Of a stretch of DNA of 64,000 nucleotides, positions 21,346 to 31,181 are shown in pieces; position 1 is the stretch's first letter; the number at the start of each line of letters is the position of its first letter. Both the position numbers and the translations under genes were made by a program. Under the pieces are notes generated by a model. That model did not search any database and had not been told where the DNA came from. It saw nothing but the letters and a program-made list of their open reading frames with translations. Origin of the DNA: Propionibacteriaceae bacterium (GTDB lineage: Bacteria; Actinomycetota; Actinomycetes; Propionibacteriales; Propionibacteriaceae); NCBI GenBank assembly GCA_027492545.1, contig JAPUEL010000042.1, positions 88,286 through 152,285 of the forward strand. The letters are read 5' to 3'.

Positions 21346-23063
21346 GGCCCGAGGTCTGGGCCCCGAGGGCGGGCGCCGTCGCGCTGGTCACCGGTGAGCG
21401 GGAGGTCGCCATGCGCCGGTGTCGCGGCGGGTGGTTCACGGCCGACGTGGAGCTGTCCCCCGGTGACCGCTACGCGTTCCGGCTCGACGGCGGGGAACCC
21501 CTGCCGGACCCGCGGGCGCTGTCTCTCCCCGACGGCGTGCACGCCCCGGCGGCCGTCGTGGACCCGTCGCTGCTGGCCCGCGACACCGGCTGGCCGGGGA
21601 TGGGGCTCCGCGGGGCCGTCCTCTACGAGCTGCACGTCGGTACCTTCACCGACGCCGGCACGTTCGACGCCGCCATCGGGCGGCTGGACCATCTCGTGGA
21701 CCTCGGCGTCGAGGCAGTCGAGCTCATGCCGGTTGCGGCCTTCCCCGGCGACCGCGGGTGGGGCTACGACGGCGTGGCCCTCTACTGCACGCACGAGGCC
21801 TACGGCGGCCTGGCGGGACTGGTGCGGCTCGTCGACGCCTGCCACGCCCGGGGCTTGGGGGTCCTCATCGACGCCGTGCACAACCACCTCGGCCCGGAGG
21901 GCAACTACCTCAGCCGCTTCGGCCCCTACTTCACCGACCGCCACGCCACGCCCTGGGGCGACGCGGTCAACCTGGACGGGCCGGGCAGCGAGGAGGTGCG
22001 CCGGTTCCTGGTGGGCTCGGCCCGCCACTGGCTGGTCGACGTCGGGGTGGACGGGCTGCCGCTCGACGCGGTGCACGCGCTGCGCGACCACTCCGACGGC
22101 CCCCACTTCCTGGCCGAGCTCTCCCAGGAGGTGGAGCGGTGGTCCGGCGAGGTGGGCAGGCCGCTGACGCTGATCGCCGAGTCGGACCTGAACCAGCCGT
22201 GCATGATCTCCCCCGTGGGCTCGGAGCCCGACGCGATGGGCATGCACGCGCAGTGGGCCGACGACGTCCACCATGCGCTGCACAGCTTCTTCTCCCGGGA
22301 GACGCAGGGCTACTACGTGGATTTCGGGCCCGCACAGGTGCTTGCGAAGGCCCTCACGCGCGTGTTCGTGCACGACGGCGGACTGTCGACCTACCGCGAC
22401 ACCACCTGGGGCGCGCCGGTGGACCCGCAGAGCCCCCACTACGACGGGCACTCGTTCGTGGCGTTCCTGCAGAACCACGACCAGGTGGGCAACCGGGCGC
22501 TCGGGGACCGGTTCGCCGCCCACGCCTCGCCCGACCTGCAGGCGGCCGCCGCGGCGCTCTACCTGCTCGGGCCCTTCACGCCCATGCTGTTCATGGGTGA
22601 GGAGTGGGCCGCCTCCACCCCGTTCCCGTACTTCAGCCACCTCGGCCCGGACCTCGGCCCCTACGTCACGCAGGGGCGGGCAAGGGAGTTTGCCGCCACC
22701 GGGTGGAGCAGCCCCACCCCGGACCCGCAGGCCGTGGAGACCTGGCGGTCAGCGGTCCTGCGGTGGGAGGAGCTGGGCGAGGCACCCCATGCCCGGATGC
22801 TCGCCTGGTACCGGCGGCTCCTCGAGCTGCGTCGCGGCGTCCCGGCCCCAGCCTCACCCGAGCTGGGCGAGGTCCGCGTCGACGTGGTCGACGACGACAC
22901 CGTCGTGCTGATCCGCGGCGACGTCCAAGTCGCCGCGACCCGCGGCCACGGCGCCGAGGTGTCGCTGCCCGGCAGCGTGCTCGCCCAGTGGGAGAGCGTC
23001 GAGGAGGTGGGCGCGGGCCGGTACCGGTTGACCGGGCCGGGCGCCGTGGTGGTGCGCGGTTGA
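21342..23063 (+). CDS. treZ: Malto-oligosyltrehalose trehalohydrolase (region II Arg appears as Pro)
   Basis: YELHVGTFT, WGYDGV, HNHLGPEGNY, LDAVHA, LIAESDLN, QNHDQVGNRA, LFMGEEW; ATG overlaps the treY stop. Confidence 0.93.
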   Translation: MRPEVWAPRAGAVALVTGEREVAMRRCRGGWFTADVELSPGDRYAFRLDGGEPLPDPRALSLPDGVHAPAAVVDPSLLARDTGWPGMGLRGAVLYELHVGTFTDAGTFDAAIGRLDHLVDLGVEAVELMPVAAFPGDRGWGYDGVALYCTHEAYGGLAGLVRLVDACHARGLGVLIDAVHNHLGPEGNYLSRFGPYFTDRHATPWGDAVNLDGPGSEEVRRFLVGSARHWLVDVGVDGLPLDAVHALRDHSDGPHFLAELSQEVERWSGEVGRPLTLIAESDLNQPCMISPVGSEPDAMGMHAQWADDVHHALHSFFSRETQGYYVDFGPAQVLAKALTRVFVHDGGLSTYRDTTWGAPVDPQSPHYDGHSFVAFLQNHDQVGNRALGDRFAAHASPDLQAAAAALYLLGPFTPMLFMGEEWAASTPFPYFSHLGPDLGPYVTQGRAREFAATGWSSPTPDPQAVETWRSAVLRWEELGEAPHARMLAWYRRLLELRRGVPAPASPELGEVRVDVVDDDTVVLIRGDVQVAATRGHGAEVSLPGSVLAQWESVEEVGAGRYRLTGPGAVVVRG

Positions 23064-23094
23064 ACCGGCCGGGGTGTCCGGCAAAGATGGGCGC

Positions 23095-23994
23095 ATGACT
23101 CAAGCGAACTTCTCGCGCCCCGGCGCCGTCGACCTCTCCTCACTCTCCCAGCCGGCCACCCAGGCGGGCGGCAGCTACGTGATGGCGCTGACGGAGGCCG
23201 ACTTCCAGGAGCTGGCCGCAAAGTCCACCCAGCACCCGGTGATCCTGGAGTTCCACTCCCCCCGCGACCCCAACGGCGCGGCGGTGTCCTCCGCGCTTGC
23301 GGAGCTCGTCAACGCGGCCGGCGGCCGGTTCCTGCTCGGGCGGGTGGACGTGGACGCGGAGCCCCGCCTGGCGCAGGCGCTCCAGATCCAGGCCGTGCCC
23401 ACCGTCGTGGCCGTGATCGGCGGCCAGATGGCGCCGCTGTTCCAGGGCACCAAGAGCCGCGAGGAGATCGCGGCGGTGCTGGACCAGATCGCCCAGCTCG
23501 CGGTGGCCAATGGCATGACGGGCCGGGCCCAGCCCGTCTCCGGTGCCCCCGCCCCCGACGGGGCCGCCCCCGAGCCCGCGGTCAACCCGCGCTTCGCCAA
23601 GGCCGACGCCGCGCTGGAGGCCGGAGACTTCGCCGCCGCGGTGCGCGAGTTCGACGCCCTCCTCAAGGAGACTCCTGGCGACGCGGAGGTCCTCGCCGGG
23701 CGGGCCCAGTCGGCGCTGCTGGAGCGCAGCGCCACGTTCCAGCCGGAGCTGATCGTGCAGCGCGCCACCGCACTCCCCGACGACCTGTCCGCGCAGCTCG
23801 ACGCTGCGGACCTCGAGATCATCGGCGGGCTGGCGGACGAGGCCTTCGACCGGCTCCTGGGTCTTGCGGCCCAGTCCGGCCCCGAGGACCGCGACACCAT
23901 CCGCGTGCGACTGCTCGAGCTGTTCGAGGTGGTGGGCCGCGCCGAGCCCGCGGTCCTCAAGGCGCGGCGCCGGCTCGCCAGCGTCCTGTTCTGA
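23095..23994 (+). CDS. Thioredoxin-like/TPR co-chaperone (YbbN/CnoX family)
   Basis: RPGAVDLS N-terminus, Trx fold lacking CxxC (VDVDAEPRLAQALQIQAVPTV), helical TPR C-terminus ending RRRLASVLF. Confidence 0.85.
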   Translation: MTQANFSRPGAVDLSSLSQPATQAGGSYVMALTEADFQELAAKSTQHPVILEFHSPRDPNGAAVSSALAELVNAAGGRFLLGRVDVDAEPRLAQALQIQAVPTVVAVIGGQMAPLFQGTKSREEIAAVLDQIAQLAVANGMTGRAQPVSGAPAPDGAAPEPAVNPRFAKADAALEAGDFAAAVREFDALLKETPGDAEVLAGRAQSALLERSATFQPELIVQRATALPDDLSAQLDAADLEIIGGLADEAFDRLLGLAAQSGPEDRDTIRVRLLELFEVVGRAEPAVLKARRRLASVLF

Positions 23995-24000
23995 CGGCGC

Positions 24001-25080
24001 TCAGCGCCAGTCGACGCCCGGGGAGCGGTGGTACTGCCAGCCACGCTCCCGCCAGTCCTCGGCCAACGCGGGGAGCCGCGCCGCGAAGGACGGCCAGTCC
24101 AGCGCCCCCGCGCGGGCGATCTCCCCGACGGCGGCCAGCCTCGGCAGAAGCATGTAGGACACCTGGTCGAACGTCTCGAGGGTCTCGGTCCACAGGGCGG
24201 CCTCGATCCCTGCGATGGTTGCCGGGTCGAGGCCCTCGATGAGCGCATGGGGATCGAGCGCGGCCGTGCGGACCAGCTCCGTGGTGCCCATCCACGACAA
24301 CCCGAGGTCGTGCGACTCGTCGTACTTCATGTCGAGATAGACGCTGGAGGCGGGCGAGAGGATCACCTTCACCCCGCGCTGCGCGGCGGCGACGACGGGG
24401 GCGGTGGCCAGGCGCGGATCCCACACCTGCACGTACTCGCCCGCGCGCAGGTGTGCCGCGGCCTCCTGCCAGGCGACGACGGTGCCGCCCGCGTCGCGCA
24501 CGGCGGCGACGATGAGGTCCAGCAGCTGGCCGTACTCGGCAGCGTCGGTGGCGTGGGACTCGTCCCCGCCCACGTGCACGAGACCGTCGGAGATCTCGAC
24601 GAGGTACCGGTAGACGTCGCGGATGAACCGCTCGGTGTCCGGGGCCGCGAGCCGCAGGGACGAGAAGCCCACCTCGATGCCGTGATACTCGGCGGGGCGG
24701 ACGCCGTCGGGGTTGAGGCCGTCGACGGCGTGGAGGGCCGCGTTCGAGTGCCCGGGCAGGTCGATCTCGGGGATCAGCACCAGCCCCCGCTCTGCGGCGG
24801 CCGCCCGGAGCCGATCCCAGTCGGAGCGGGTGTAGTAGCCACCCGGGCCGCCCCCCACGCCCGAGCCGGACGACCGCTCCACGAGCTCGGGCCAGCCCGG
24901 GATGTCGAGGCGCCAGCCCTGATCGTCGCTGAGGTGGAGGTGCATCCGGTTGAGGCCCACACTCTGGGCGATGTCCATGACCCGGATGACGTCGTCGACG
25001 GGGAAGAAGTGGCGCACCACGTCGAGTGAGAGCCCCCGCCACGCGTAGCCCTGCTGCCCTGGCGTCTCTACTGCCGACAC
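24001..25080 (-). CDS. Beta-N-acetylhexosaminidase, GH20 catalytic domain only
   Basis: WRGLSLDVVRHFF, HLHLSDDQGWR, PEIDLPGH, HVGGDE, YLDMKY, IEAALWTE, LPRL; SD AAGGA before GTG 25080 (ATG 25107 is an alternative). Confidence 0.9.
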   Translation of the reverse strand: MSAVETPGQQGYAWRGLSLDVVRHFFPVDDVIRVMDIAQSVGLNRMHLHLSDDQGWRLDIPGWPELVERSSGSGVGGGPGGYYTRSDWDRLRAAAAERGLVLIPEIDLPGHSNAALHAVDGLNPDGVRPAEYHGIEVGFSSLRLAAPDTERFIRDVYRYLVEISDGLVHVGGDESHATDAAEYGQLLDLIVAAVRDAGGTVVAWQEAAAHLRAGEYVQVWDPRLATAPVVAAAQRGVKVILSPASSVYLDMKYDESHDLGLSWMGTTELVRTAALDPHALIEGLDPATIAGIEAALWTETLETFDQVSYMLLPRLAAVGEIARAGALDWPSFAARLPALAEDWRERGWQYHRSPGVDWR

Positions 25081-25101
25081 GTGTTGGTCCTTTCGTCGGG
25101 C

Positions 25102-25136
25102 TTGCATCTTGATAGTTAGTAAACCATACTATTCAA
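25102..25136 (+). promoter_or_regulatory. ROK gene promoter (TTGCAT-N17-CATACT) overlapped by an AT-rich imperfect palindrome (candidate operator)
   Basis: TTGATAGT...ACTATTCAA at 25109-25136; GTG begins 7 nt after the -10 hexamer. Confidence 0.55.
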
Positions 25137-25137
25137 C

Positions 25138-26286
25138 GTGCGACTGAGAACCTTCCAACGGGGCGAGCTCTCCCTCCCCACCCACGTGCGTGACTTCAAC
25201 CGCGCCGCCGTTCTGCAACGGCTGTTCCGTGGTGGGCCCATGTCGCGCGCCGATCTCGCCCGCCAGATCGGGCTGACCAAGGTCACCGTCTCGGCCCTCA
25301 TCGCCGGCCTCGTGGAGGAGGGCGTGGTCCGCGAGCTGGGGCCGGACAGCCGCCCGGGCACTCCTGGCAAGCGCGGCACGCTCGTGGCGCTCTGCGAGGA
25401 CCAGCGCCGCATCGTCGCGGTGGACCTGACCCGCGACGGCCACCTGTCCGGAGCCACCATGACCCTGACCGGCGAGTCGATGGACCACAACCGCCTCGAC
25501 GACCTCCTCCCCCTGGGCGACGAAGGCGTCGACGAGCTCACCCGCTTCTGCCGCACGCTGATCGACGTCTCTCAGGTGCCCGTGCTCGGCGTGGGCGTCT
25601 CCACCCCCGGCGTGGTCACCGGCGACGGCGTCATCCTCCGCGCCCCGAAGCGCGAATGGTTCGGCCTGGACCTGCAGCACGTGCTGGGCGAGCGGCTGGG
25701 GCTCCCGGTCACCGTGGCCAACGACGCCAACTGCGCCGCCCTCGGCGAGTTCGCCTTCGGCGAGACCGACGGCGACTCCGTGCTGTCCATCCTCGTGGGC
25801 GACGGGATCGGCGCGGGCCTGGTGGTCGCGGGCTCGCTGGTCCACGGCTCCAGCAGCGCGGCCGGGGAGATCGCGCACATCACCGCCACCACCGCCGGCG
25901 ACGGCGCGCCGTGGGGTGAGCCGCAGACCTGCGTGTGCGGCAGGCGCGGATGCCTGGAGACGCTGCTGAGCGAACCACTGCTGCGCGAGGCGATCGCCGG
26001 CCTCTCCCCCGCCGAACGCACCGCCTGGTTGACCGCCGTCGGCGAGCGCCTCGGCGCGGTCCTCGCGCCAGTCGCCGCGCTGCTGGACCTGTCGGACATC
26101 GTCATCGCCGGCCCCGAGGACCTCCTCGCCGGCCCGGTCGTCGAGGCGGCCCGCGCCGCGCTGACCGCCAGGATCTGGCCCGCGATGAACCACGTGCCCA
26201 CCCTCGGGCTCTCCCGCCTCGAGGACCGCGCGCCGCTGGTCGGCGCGGGAGTCCTCGTCCTGTCGAGCACTCTCGGCATCCCCTGA
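25138..26286 (+). CDS. ROK family transcriptional regulator
   Basis: N-terminal HTH (SRADLARQIGLTKVTVS), NDANCAALGE, AAGEIAH, CVCGRRGCLE Zn motif. Confidence 0.92.
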   Translation: MRLRTFQRGELSLPTHVRDFNRAAVLQRLFRGGPMSRADLARQIGLTKVTVSALIAGLVEEGVVRELGPDSRPGTPGKRGTLVALCEDQRRIVAVDLTRDGHLSGATMTLTGESMDHNRLDDLLPLGDEGVDELTRFCRTLIDVSQVPVLGVGVSTPGVVTGDGVILRAPKREWFGLDLQHVLGERLGLPVTVANDANCAALGEFAFGETDGDSVLSILVGDGIGAGLVVAGSLVHGSSSAAGEIAHITATTAGDGAPWGEPQTCVCGRRGCLETLLSEPLLREAIAGLSPAERTAWLTAVGERLGAVLAPVAALLDLSDIVIAGPEDLLAGPVVEAARAALTARIWPAMNHVPTLGLSRLEDRAPLVGAGVLVLSSTLGIP

Positions 26287-26324
26287 CCGCCATCGATCCA
26301 CAGTTCACGAAAGGAACACCCACG

Positions 26325-27656
26325 ATGAGACTCATGGCTTCCGCCGTCGCAGCCTCGCTCGCCCTCGGGCTCGCGGCCTGCACGACCACCCCCACGGACA
26401 CGGGCAGCGCCGCCCCCACCACGTCCGCCACCGGCTCGGCCGCCACCGAGGGCGCCGAGATCACCCTCTGGGTCGCCGGCGCCGACACCCCCGAGGCGCT
26501 GCGCGAGTACCTGGTCACCACGTTCGCCGAGGAGAACCCGGGCTCAACGCTGCGCATCGAGGAGCAGGCCTGGCCTGACCTGGTGACCAAGCTCACCACC
26601 GCGCTGCCGGACCCCGCCAACACGCCCGACGTCGTCGAGCTCGGCAACACGCAGGCGCCCACCTTCACCACCGTCGGGGCCTTCCTCGACCTCACCGACA
26701 TGTACGACGAGCTCGGCGGGGACGACCTGCTGCAGTCCTTCGTCGAGGTCGGAACCGTGGACGACAAGATCTACGCGCTGCCCTACTACTTCGGCTCCCG
26801 CTACATGTTCTATCGCCCCGACATCTGGGCCGCGAACAACGTCGAGGTGCCCACCACGCTGGCCGAGTTCAGCGAGGCCGCCAAGGCGCTCACCACCGAC
26901 TCCATGAGCGGGTTCGCCATGGGCGGTCAGGACTGGCGCAACGGCATCTCCTGGGTGTTCGCCAACGGCGGCGAGCTCGCCACCGTCGACGGCACCACCT
27001 GGACCTCCACCCTCAGCGATCCGAAGACCATCGCCGGCCTCGAGATGTGGCAGGACCTGACGCGGGGCGCCTCCAACCTGCCCGCCACCGAGCGCGACGT
27101 GGCCTACTGGGACTTCCTCAACGACGGCGCCGACGGGGCCGCCCCCGCCGCCGCCACCATCATGGCGCCGGGATGGGCCCGCTGGTCCATCGGTGAGCTC
27201 ACCACCAACGACGCGGGCGACGAGGTGCGCGACGGCATGGCCGACGCCGCGAAGTACGACATCTTCGCCCTCCCCGGTGTCGACGGCGGCATCGCCCCCG
27301 TGTTCGCGGGCGGCTCCAACCTGGCCGTCTCCGCCCAGTCCCAGAACCCTGAATTGGCCAAGAACCTGCTGCGCATCATCTACTCCGAGGACTACCAGCG
27401 CATGCTCGGCGAGAACGGTCTCGGCCCGGCGAACACGCAGTTCACCGACTCGCTGGGCGACGACAAGTTCGCCACCACCATGATCGAGACGGCCGAGAAC
27501 TCGAAGCTCACCCCGGCGGCGCCGGGCTGGGCCGCGATCGAGGGCGCCTTCGTCTACGAGGAGCTGTTCCAGAAGATCGCCGAGGGTGGCGACGTGGCCG
27601 CGCTCGCCGCCGAGTACGACGAGATCCTCACCCCGATGCTGAACGGCCAGGGCTGA
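26325..27656 (+). CDS. Sugar ABC transporter substrate-binding lipoprotein (DasA-like)
   Basis: Lipobox LAAC, PDVVELGNTQ, YALPYYFGSR, FAGGSNLAV; SD AAAGGA. Confidence 0.88.
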   Translation: MRLMASAVAASLALGLAACTTTPTDTGSAAPTTSATGSAATEGAEITLWVAGADTPEALREYLVTTFAEENPGSTLRIEEQAWPDLVTKLTTALPDPANTPDVVELGNTQAPTFTTVGAFLDLTDMYDELGGDDLLQSFVEVGTVDDKIYALPYYFGSRYMFYRPDIWAANNVEVPTTLAEFSEAAKALTTDSMSGFAMGGQDWRNGISWVFANGGELATVDGTTWTSTLSDPKTIAGLEMWQDLTRGASNLPATERDVAYWDFLNDGADGAAPAAATIMAPGWARWSIGELTTNDAGDEVRDGMADAAKYDIFALPGVDGGIAPVFAGGSNLAVSAQSQNPELAKNLLRIIYSEDYQRMLGENGLGPANTQFTDSLGDDKFATTMIETAENSKLTPAAPGWAAIEGAFVYEELFQKIAEGGDVAALAAEYDEILTPMLNGQG

Positions 27657-27665
27657 CCAGCGACC

Positions 27666-27697
27666 GTGGGGTGTCCGGGGAGACCCGGGCACCCCAC
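27666..27697 (+). terminator. 14-bp stem with GAGA tetraloop after the binding-protein gene (mRNA-stabilising or partial terminator)
   Basis: GTGGGGTGTCCGGG-GAGA-CCCGGGCACCCCAC, with one G.U pair. Confidence 0.7.
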
Positions 27698-27712
27698 CGA
27701 CAGGGAACCACC

Positions 27713-28627
27713 ATGACGACCCACCCTCCGCACCGGAAGGCACCGCCGCCCCGGATCCCCTACCTCCTCCTTCTCCCCAGCGTGGTCGTGCTCGCGGCCG
27801 CGCTCGGCTACCCCATCGGGTGGCAGATCGTCACCTCGATGCAGGAGTACGGCCTCGCCCAGCAGTTCGGGCAGCCGCCCCGCTTCGTCGGCATCGACAA
27901 CTTCGTCGCGGTCTTCACCCAGGACCGGCTCTGGGCCGTCGTGGTGCGCTCTGTGGCGTTCTGCCTCGTCAACGCCTTCGTCACCGTCGCCGTCGGGCTG
28001 GGCTTCGCCCTGCTGATGCGCGCCGTGCCGGCGGCGGTCCGCGTCGTCATCCAGATCAGCCTCCTGCTGGCATGGGCCATGCCCATGGTGGCCGCCGTGA
28101 CGGTGTTCCGGTGGCTGTTCGACTACCGCAGCGGCGTGGTCAACTGGCTGCTCACCAGCGTCGGCCTCGACCAGTTCGCGTCCTACGCGTGGCTGTCTCA
28201 GCCGTCGACGTTCTTCCTCGTGGCCTCCGCGATCATCATCTGGATGAGCGTCCCGTTCGTAGCGCTGTCGCTGTACGCGGGCCTCACCCAGGTGTCCACG
28301 GAGGTCATCGAGGCCGCCCAGATCGACGGAGCCTCCTCGCGCCAGATCGTCGGCCACATCCTGCTTCCCATGGTGCGGCCGGTGCTCTCGATCGTGCTGC
28401 TGCTGCAGATCATCTGGGATCTCAGGGTCTTCGCCCAGATCCGGCTCCTGCAGGACGCCGGCGCCCCCGTCGCCGAGACCAACCTGCTCGGCAACTTCAT
28501 CTACGAGCTCGGCGTGGCGCGGCAGGACTTCGGCGCCGCCTCGGCGGTCTCCCTGTTCGTGCTGGCGCTGACCGTGGTGCTCAGCTGGCCCTACGTCCGC
28601 TCGCTCCTGAAGGAGGACGCCGCATGA
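27713..28627 (+). CDS. Sugar ABC transporter permease 1
   Basis: Multiple TM helices and an EAA loop (EVIEAAQIDGAS). Confidence 0.92.
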   Translation: MTTHPPHRKAPPPRIPYLLLLPSVVVLAAALGYPIGWQIVTSMQEYGLAQQFGQPPRFVGIDNFVAVFTQDRLWAVVVRSVAFCLVNAFVTVAVGLGFALLMRAVPAAVRVVIQISLLLAWAMPMVAAVTVFRWLFDYRSGVVNWLLTSVGLDQFASYAWLSQPSTFFLVASAIIIWMSVPFVALSLYAGLTQVSTEVIEAAQIDGASSRQIVGHILLPMVRPVLSIVLLLQIIWDLRVFAQIRLLQDAGAPVAETNLLGNFIYELGVARQDFGAASAVSLFVLALTVVLSWPYVRSLLKEDAA

Positions 28628-29481
28628 GGCGCTCCGTCGTCGCCAAGGCAGGCTGGTCGCTCGTCGGCGTCCTGGTGGCCGCCCTCTGGGTCTTCCCCGT
28701 CTACTGGATGGCGCTGTCGGCGATCACGCCGAACGCCCGCCTCCGCCAGATCCCGCCCAACTTCCTGCCCACCGACGCCACCTTGACCAACCTCACCCGC
28801 GTGCTGCAGGACCCAGGCTTCGCCTCGGCGCTGAGGATGAGCCTGGCCATCACCAGCCTGACGGTGCTATGCGTCCTGGCCTTCGCGTTCCTGGCGGCGC
28901 TGGCCATCTCACGGTTCCGGTTCCGCGGCAGGCGGTCGTTCCTGCTGGCCGTCCTGTTCATCCAGATGCTGCCGGCCGAGGGGCTCTTCATCGCGCAGTA
29001 CAAGATGCTCTCGGGCATCGGAGGCACGGTGCCGGCGCTGGGGCTCAACTCCCTGTTCGGCGTGACGCTGCTCTACACCGCGGCCGTCATCCCGTTCACG
29101 GTCTGGATGTTGCGCGGGTTCGTGGCGGGCGTCCCGGTGGAGCTCGAGGAGGCCGCCATGGTCGACGGCCTCTCCCGCACGCAGGCGTTCCTCCGGATCA
29201 CCTTCCCCCTCCTGGCCCCCGGCCTGGTCGCCTCCGGTGTCTACGCCTTCCTGCAGGCGTGGAACGAGTTCACCGTGGCGCTGGTGATGCTGCCGGACTC
29301 GGCGGCGCAGACCCTCCCCCTGTGGCTGCGGGGGTTCCTCAACGCCTCGGTCAACCGGGGTGTGGACTGGGCGATGGTGATGGCCGCCTCGTCGGTGATC
29401 GCGGTCCCGGTCATCGTCTTCTTCCTGCTGGTGCAGTCCCGGATGACCTCGGGGCTGGTCTCGGGCGCCGTCAAGGGCTGA
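28624..29481 (+). CDS. Sugar ABC transporter permease 2
   Basis: ELEEAAMVDG, FLQAWNEF, GLVSGAVKG; ATGA overlap with the previous permease. Confidence 0.92.
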   Translation: MRRSVVAKAGWSLVGVLVAALWVFPVYWMALSAITPNARLRQIPPNFLPTDATLTNLTRVLQDPGFASALRMSLAITSLTVLCVLAFAFLAALAISRFRFRGRRSFLLAVLFIQMLPAEGLFIAQYKMLSGIGGTVPALGLNSLFGVTLLYTAAVIPFTVWMLRGFVAGVPVELEEAAMVDGLSRTQAFLRITFPLLAPGLVASGVYAFLQAWNEFTVALVMLPDSAAQTLPLWLRGFLNASVNRGVDWAMVMAASSVIAVPVIVFFLLVQSRMTSGLVSGAVKG

Positions 29482-29542
29482 GGGCGGCCGGGTCTCGGGG
29501 CAACCTCATGCAACCCGGCCCCCGGGATGGAAGGATGGGGCC

Positions 29543-31162
29543 ATGGCACATGAGCGAGCCGGCCAGCCGGCCCAGGAATCCGACCTCATCAACGTCGACG
29601 AGCTTCTCGCCGCGTACTACGACCGCACCCCGGACCCGGCGAACCCGGATGAGATGGTGGTCTTCGGCACCTCCGGACACCGCGGCTCCTCACTGGACAC
29701 CGCGTTCCAGGACCTGCACATCGCGGCCACGACGCAGGCCATCGTCGAGTACCGGGCCGAGCAGGGCACCACCGGGCCGCTGTTCATCGGCAAGGACACG
29801 CACGCCCTGTCGCTGCCGGCCTGGAAGACCGCCATCGAGGTGCTGAGCGCCAACGGCGTCGAGATCTGCGCCGAGCGGGAGGACGAGTACACCCCCACCC
29901 CCGCGGTGTCGCGGGCCATCATCCGCTACAACCGCCTGCACACGGCGCTGGCGGACGGCATCGTCGTCACCCCGTCGCACAACCCGCCCCGCGACGGCGG
30001 CTTCAAGTACAACCCGCCCAACGGCGGCCCCGCGGATTCGGACGCCACGAAGGTGATCGCCGCCCGAGCCAACGAGCTCATGGGCAACCCGGGCGGCATC
30101 CGCCGCGCCCGCTACGAGACGGCCGAGGTCAACCGCTACGACTACCGCACCCCCTACTGCCAGGAGCTGGCCACGGCGCTGAACTTCGACGCCATCAAGG
30201 CCTCCGGCCTGGTGCACGGCGCGGACCCCATGGGCGGCGCCTCGGTGCAGTACTGGGAGCACCTGGCCGAGCTTGGCCTGCCCATCACCGTCGTCAACCC
30301 GACGGTGGATCCCACCTGGCGCTTCATGACCCTGGACACCGACGGCAAGATCCGCATGGACTGCTCCTCGCCCAACGCCATGGCCTCCCTCGTGGCGCAG
30401 CGGGACAGCTTCTCCGTGGCCACCGGCAACGACGCGGACTCGGACCGGCACGGCATCGTCACCCCCGACGCGGGCCTGATGAACCCCAACGCCTACCTCG
30501 CAGTGGCGATCAACTACCTGTTCGCCAACCGGCCCGGGTGGGCCGCGGACGCCGGCATCGGCAAGACGCTCGTGTCGTCGTCGATCATCGACAAGGTGGC
30601 GGCCAAGCTCGGTAGGCGCCTGGTCGAGGTGCCCGTGGGGTTCAAGTGGTTCGTGCCCGGCCTGACCGACGGTTCCATCGGGTTCGGCGGCGAAGAGTCC
30701 GCCGGCGCCTCGTTCCTCGCGATGGACGGCTCCACCTGGACCACGGACAAGGACGGGCTGCTGCTCGCCCTGCTCGCCTCCGAGATCATCGCCGTCACGG
30801 GCAAGACCCCGTCGCAGCACTACGCCGAGCTCGAGGCCGAGTTCGGCCGCTCCTACTACGCCCGGGTGGACGCCGACGCCAACCGCGAGCAGAAGGCGCG
30901 CCTGAGCAGCCTCAGCGCCGACGACGTCACCGTCACGGAGTTGGCCGGAGAGCCGATCACGGCCGTCCTCTCACACGCCCCCGGTAACAACGCCGCCATC
31001 GGCGGCATCAAGGTGACCACCGAGCACGCGTGGTTCGCGGCCCGCCCGTCGGGCACGGAGGACAAGTACAAGATCTACGCCGAGTCGCTGAAGAGCGGAG
31101 AGCACCTGGCGGAGGTCCAGGCCGCGGCCAAGGCCCTGGTGGATCAGGCGCTCGCGGGGTGA
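29543..31162 (+). CDS. pgm: Phosphoglucomutase (alpha-D-glucose-1,6-bisphosphate-dependent)
   Basis: FGTSGHRG, TPSHNPP, NDADSDRH, GGEESAG, RPSGTE. Confidence 0.96.
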   Translation: MAHERAGQPAQESDLINVDELLAAYYDRTPDPANPDEMVVFGTSGHRGSSLDTAFQDLHIAATTQAIVEYRAEQGTTGPLFIGKDTHALSLPAWKTAIEVLSANGVEICAEREDEYTPTPAVSRAIIRYNRLHTALADGIVVTPSHNPPRDGGFKYNPPNGGPADSDATKVIAARANELMGNPGGIRRARYETAEVNRYDYRTPYCQELATALNFDAIKASGLVHGADPMGGASVQYWEHLAELGLPITVVNPTVDPTWRFMTLDTDGKIRMDCSSPNAMASLVAQRDSFSVATGNDADSDRHGIVTPDAGLMNPNAYLAVAINYLFANRPGWAADAGIGKTLVSSSIIDKVAAKLGRRLVEVPVGFKWFVPGLTDGSIGFGGEESAGASFLAMDGSTWTTDKDGLLLALLASEIIAVTGKTPSQHYAELEAEFGRSYYARVDADANREQKARLSSLSADDVTVTELAGEPITAVLSHAPGNNAAIGGIKVTTEHAWFAARPSGTEDKYKIYAESLKSGEHLAEVQAAAKALVDQALAG

Positions 31163-31181
31163 GGTCGGGCGGTGGACCCGG

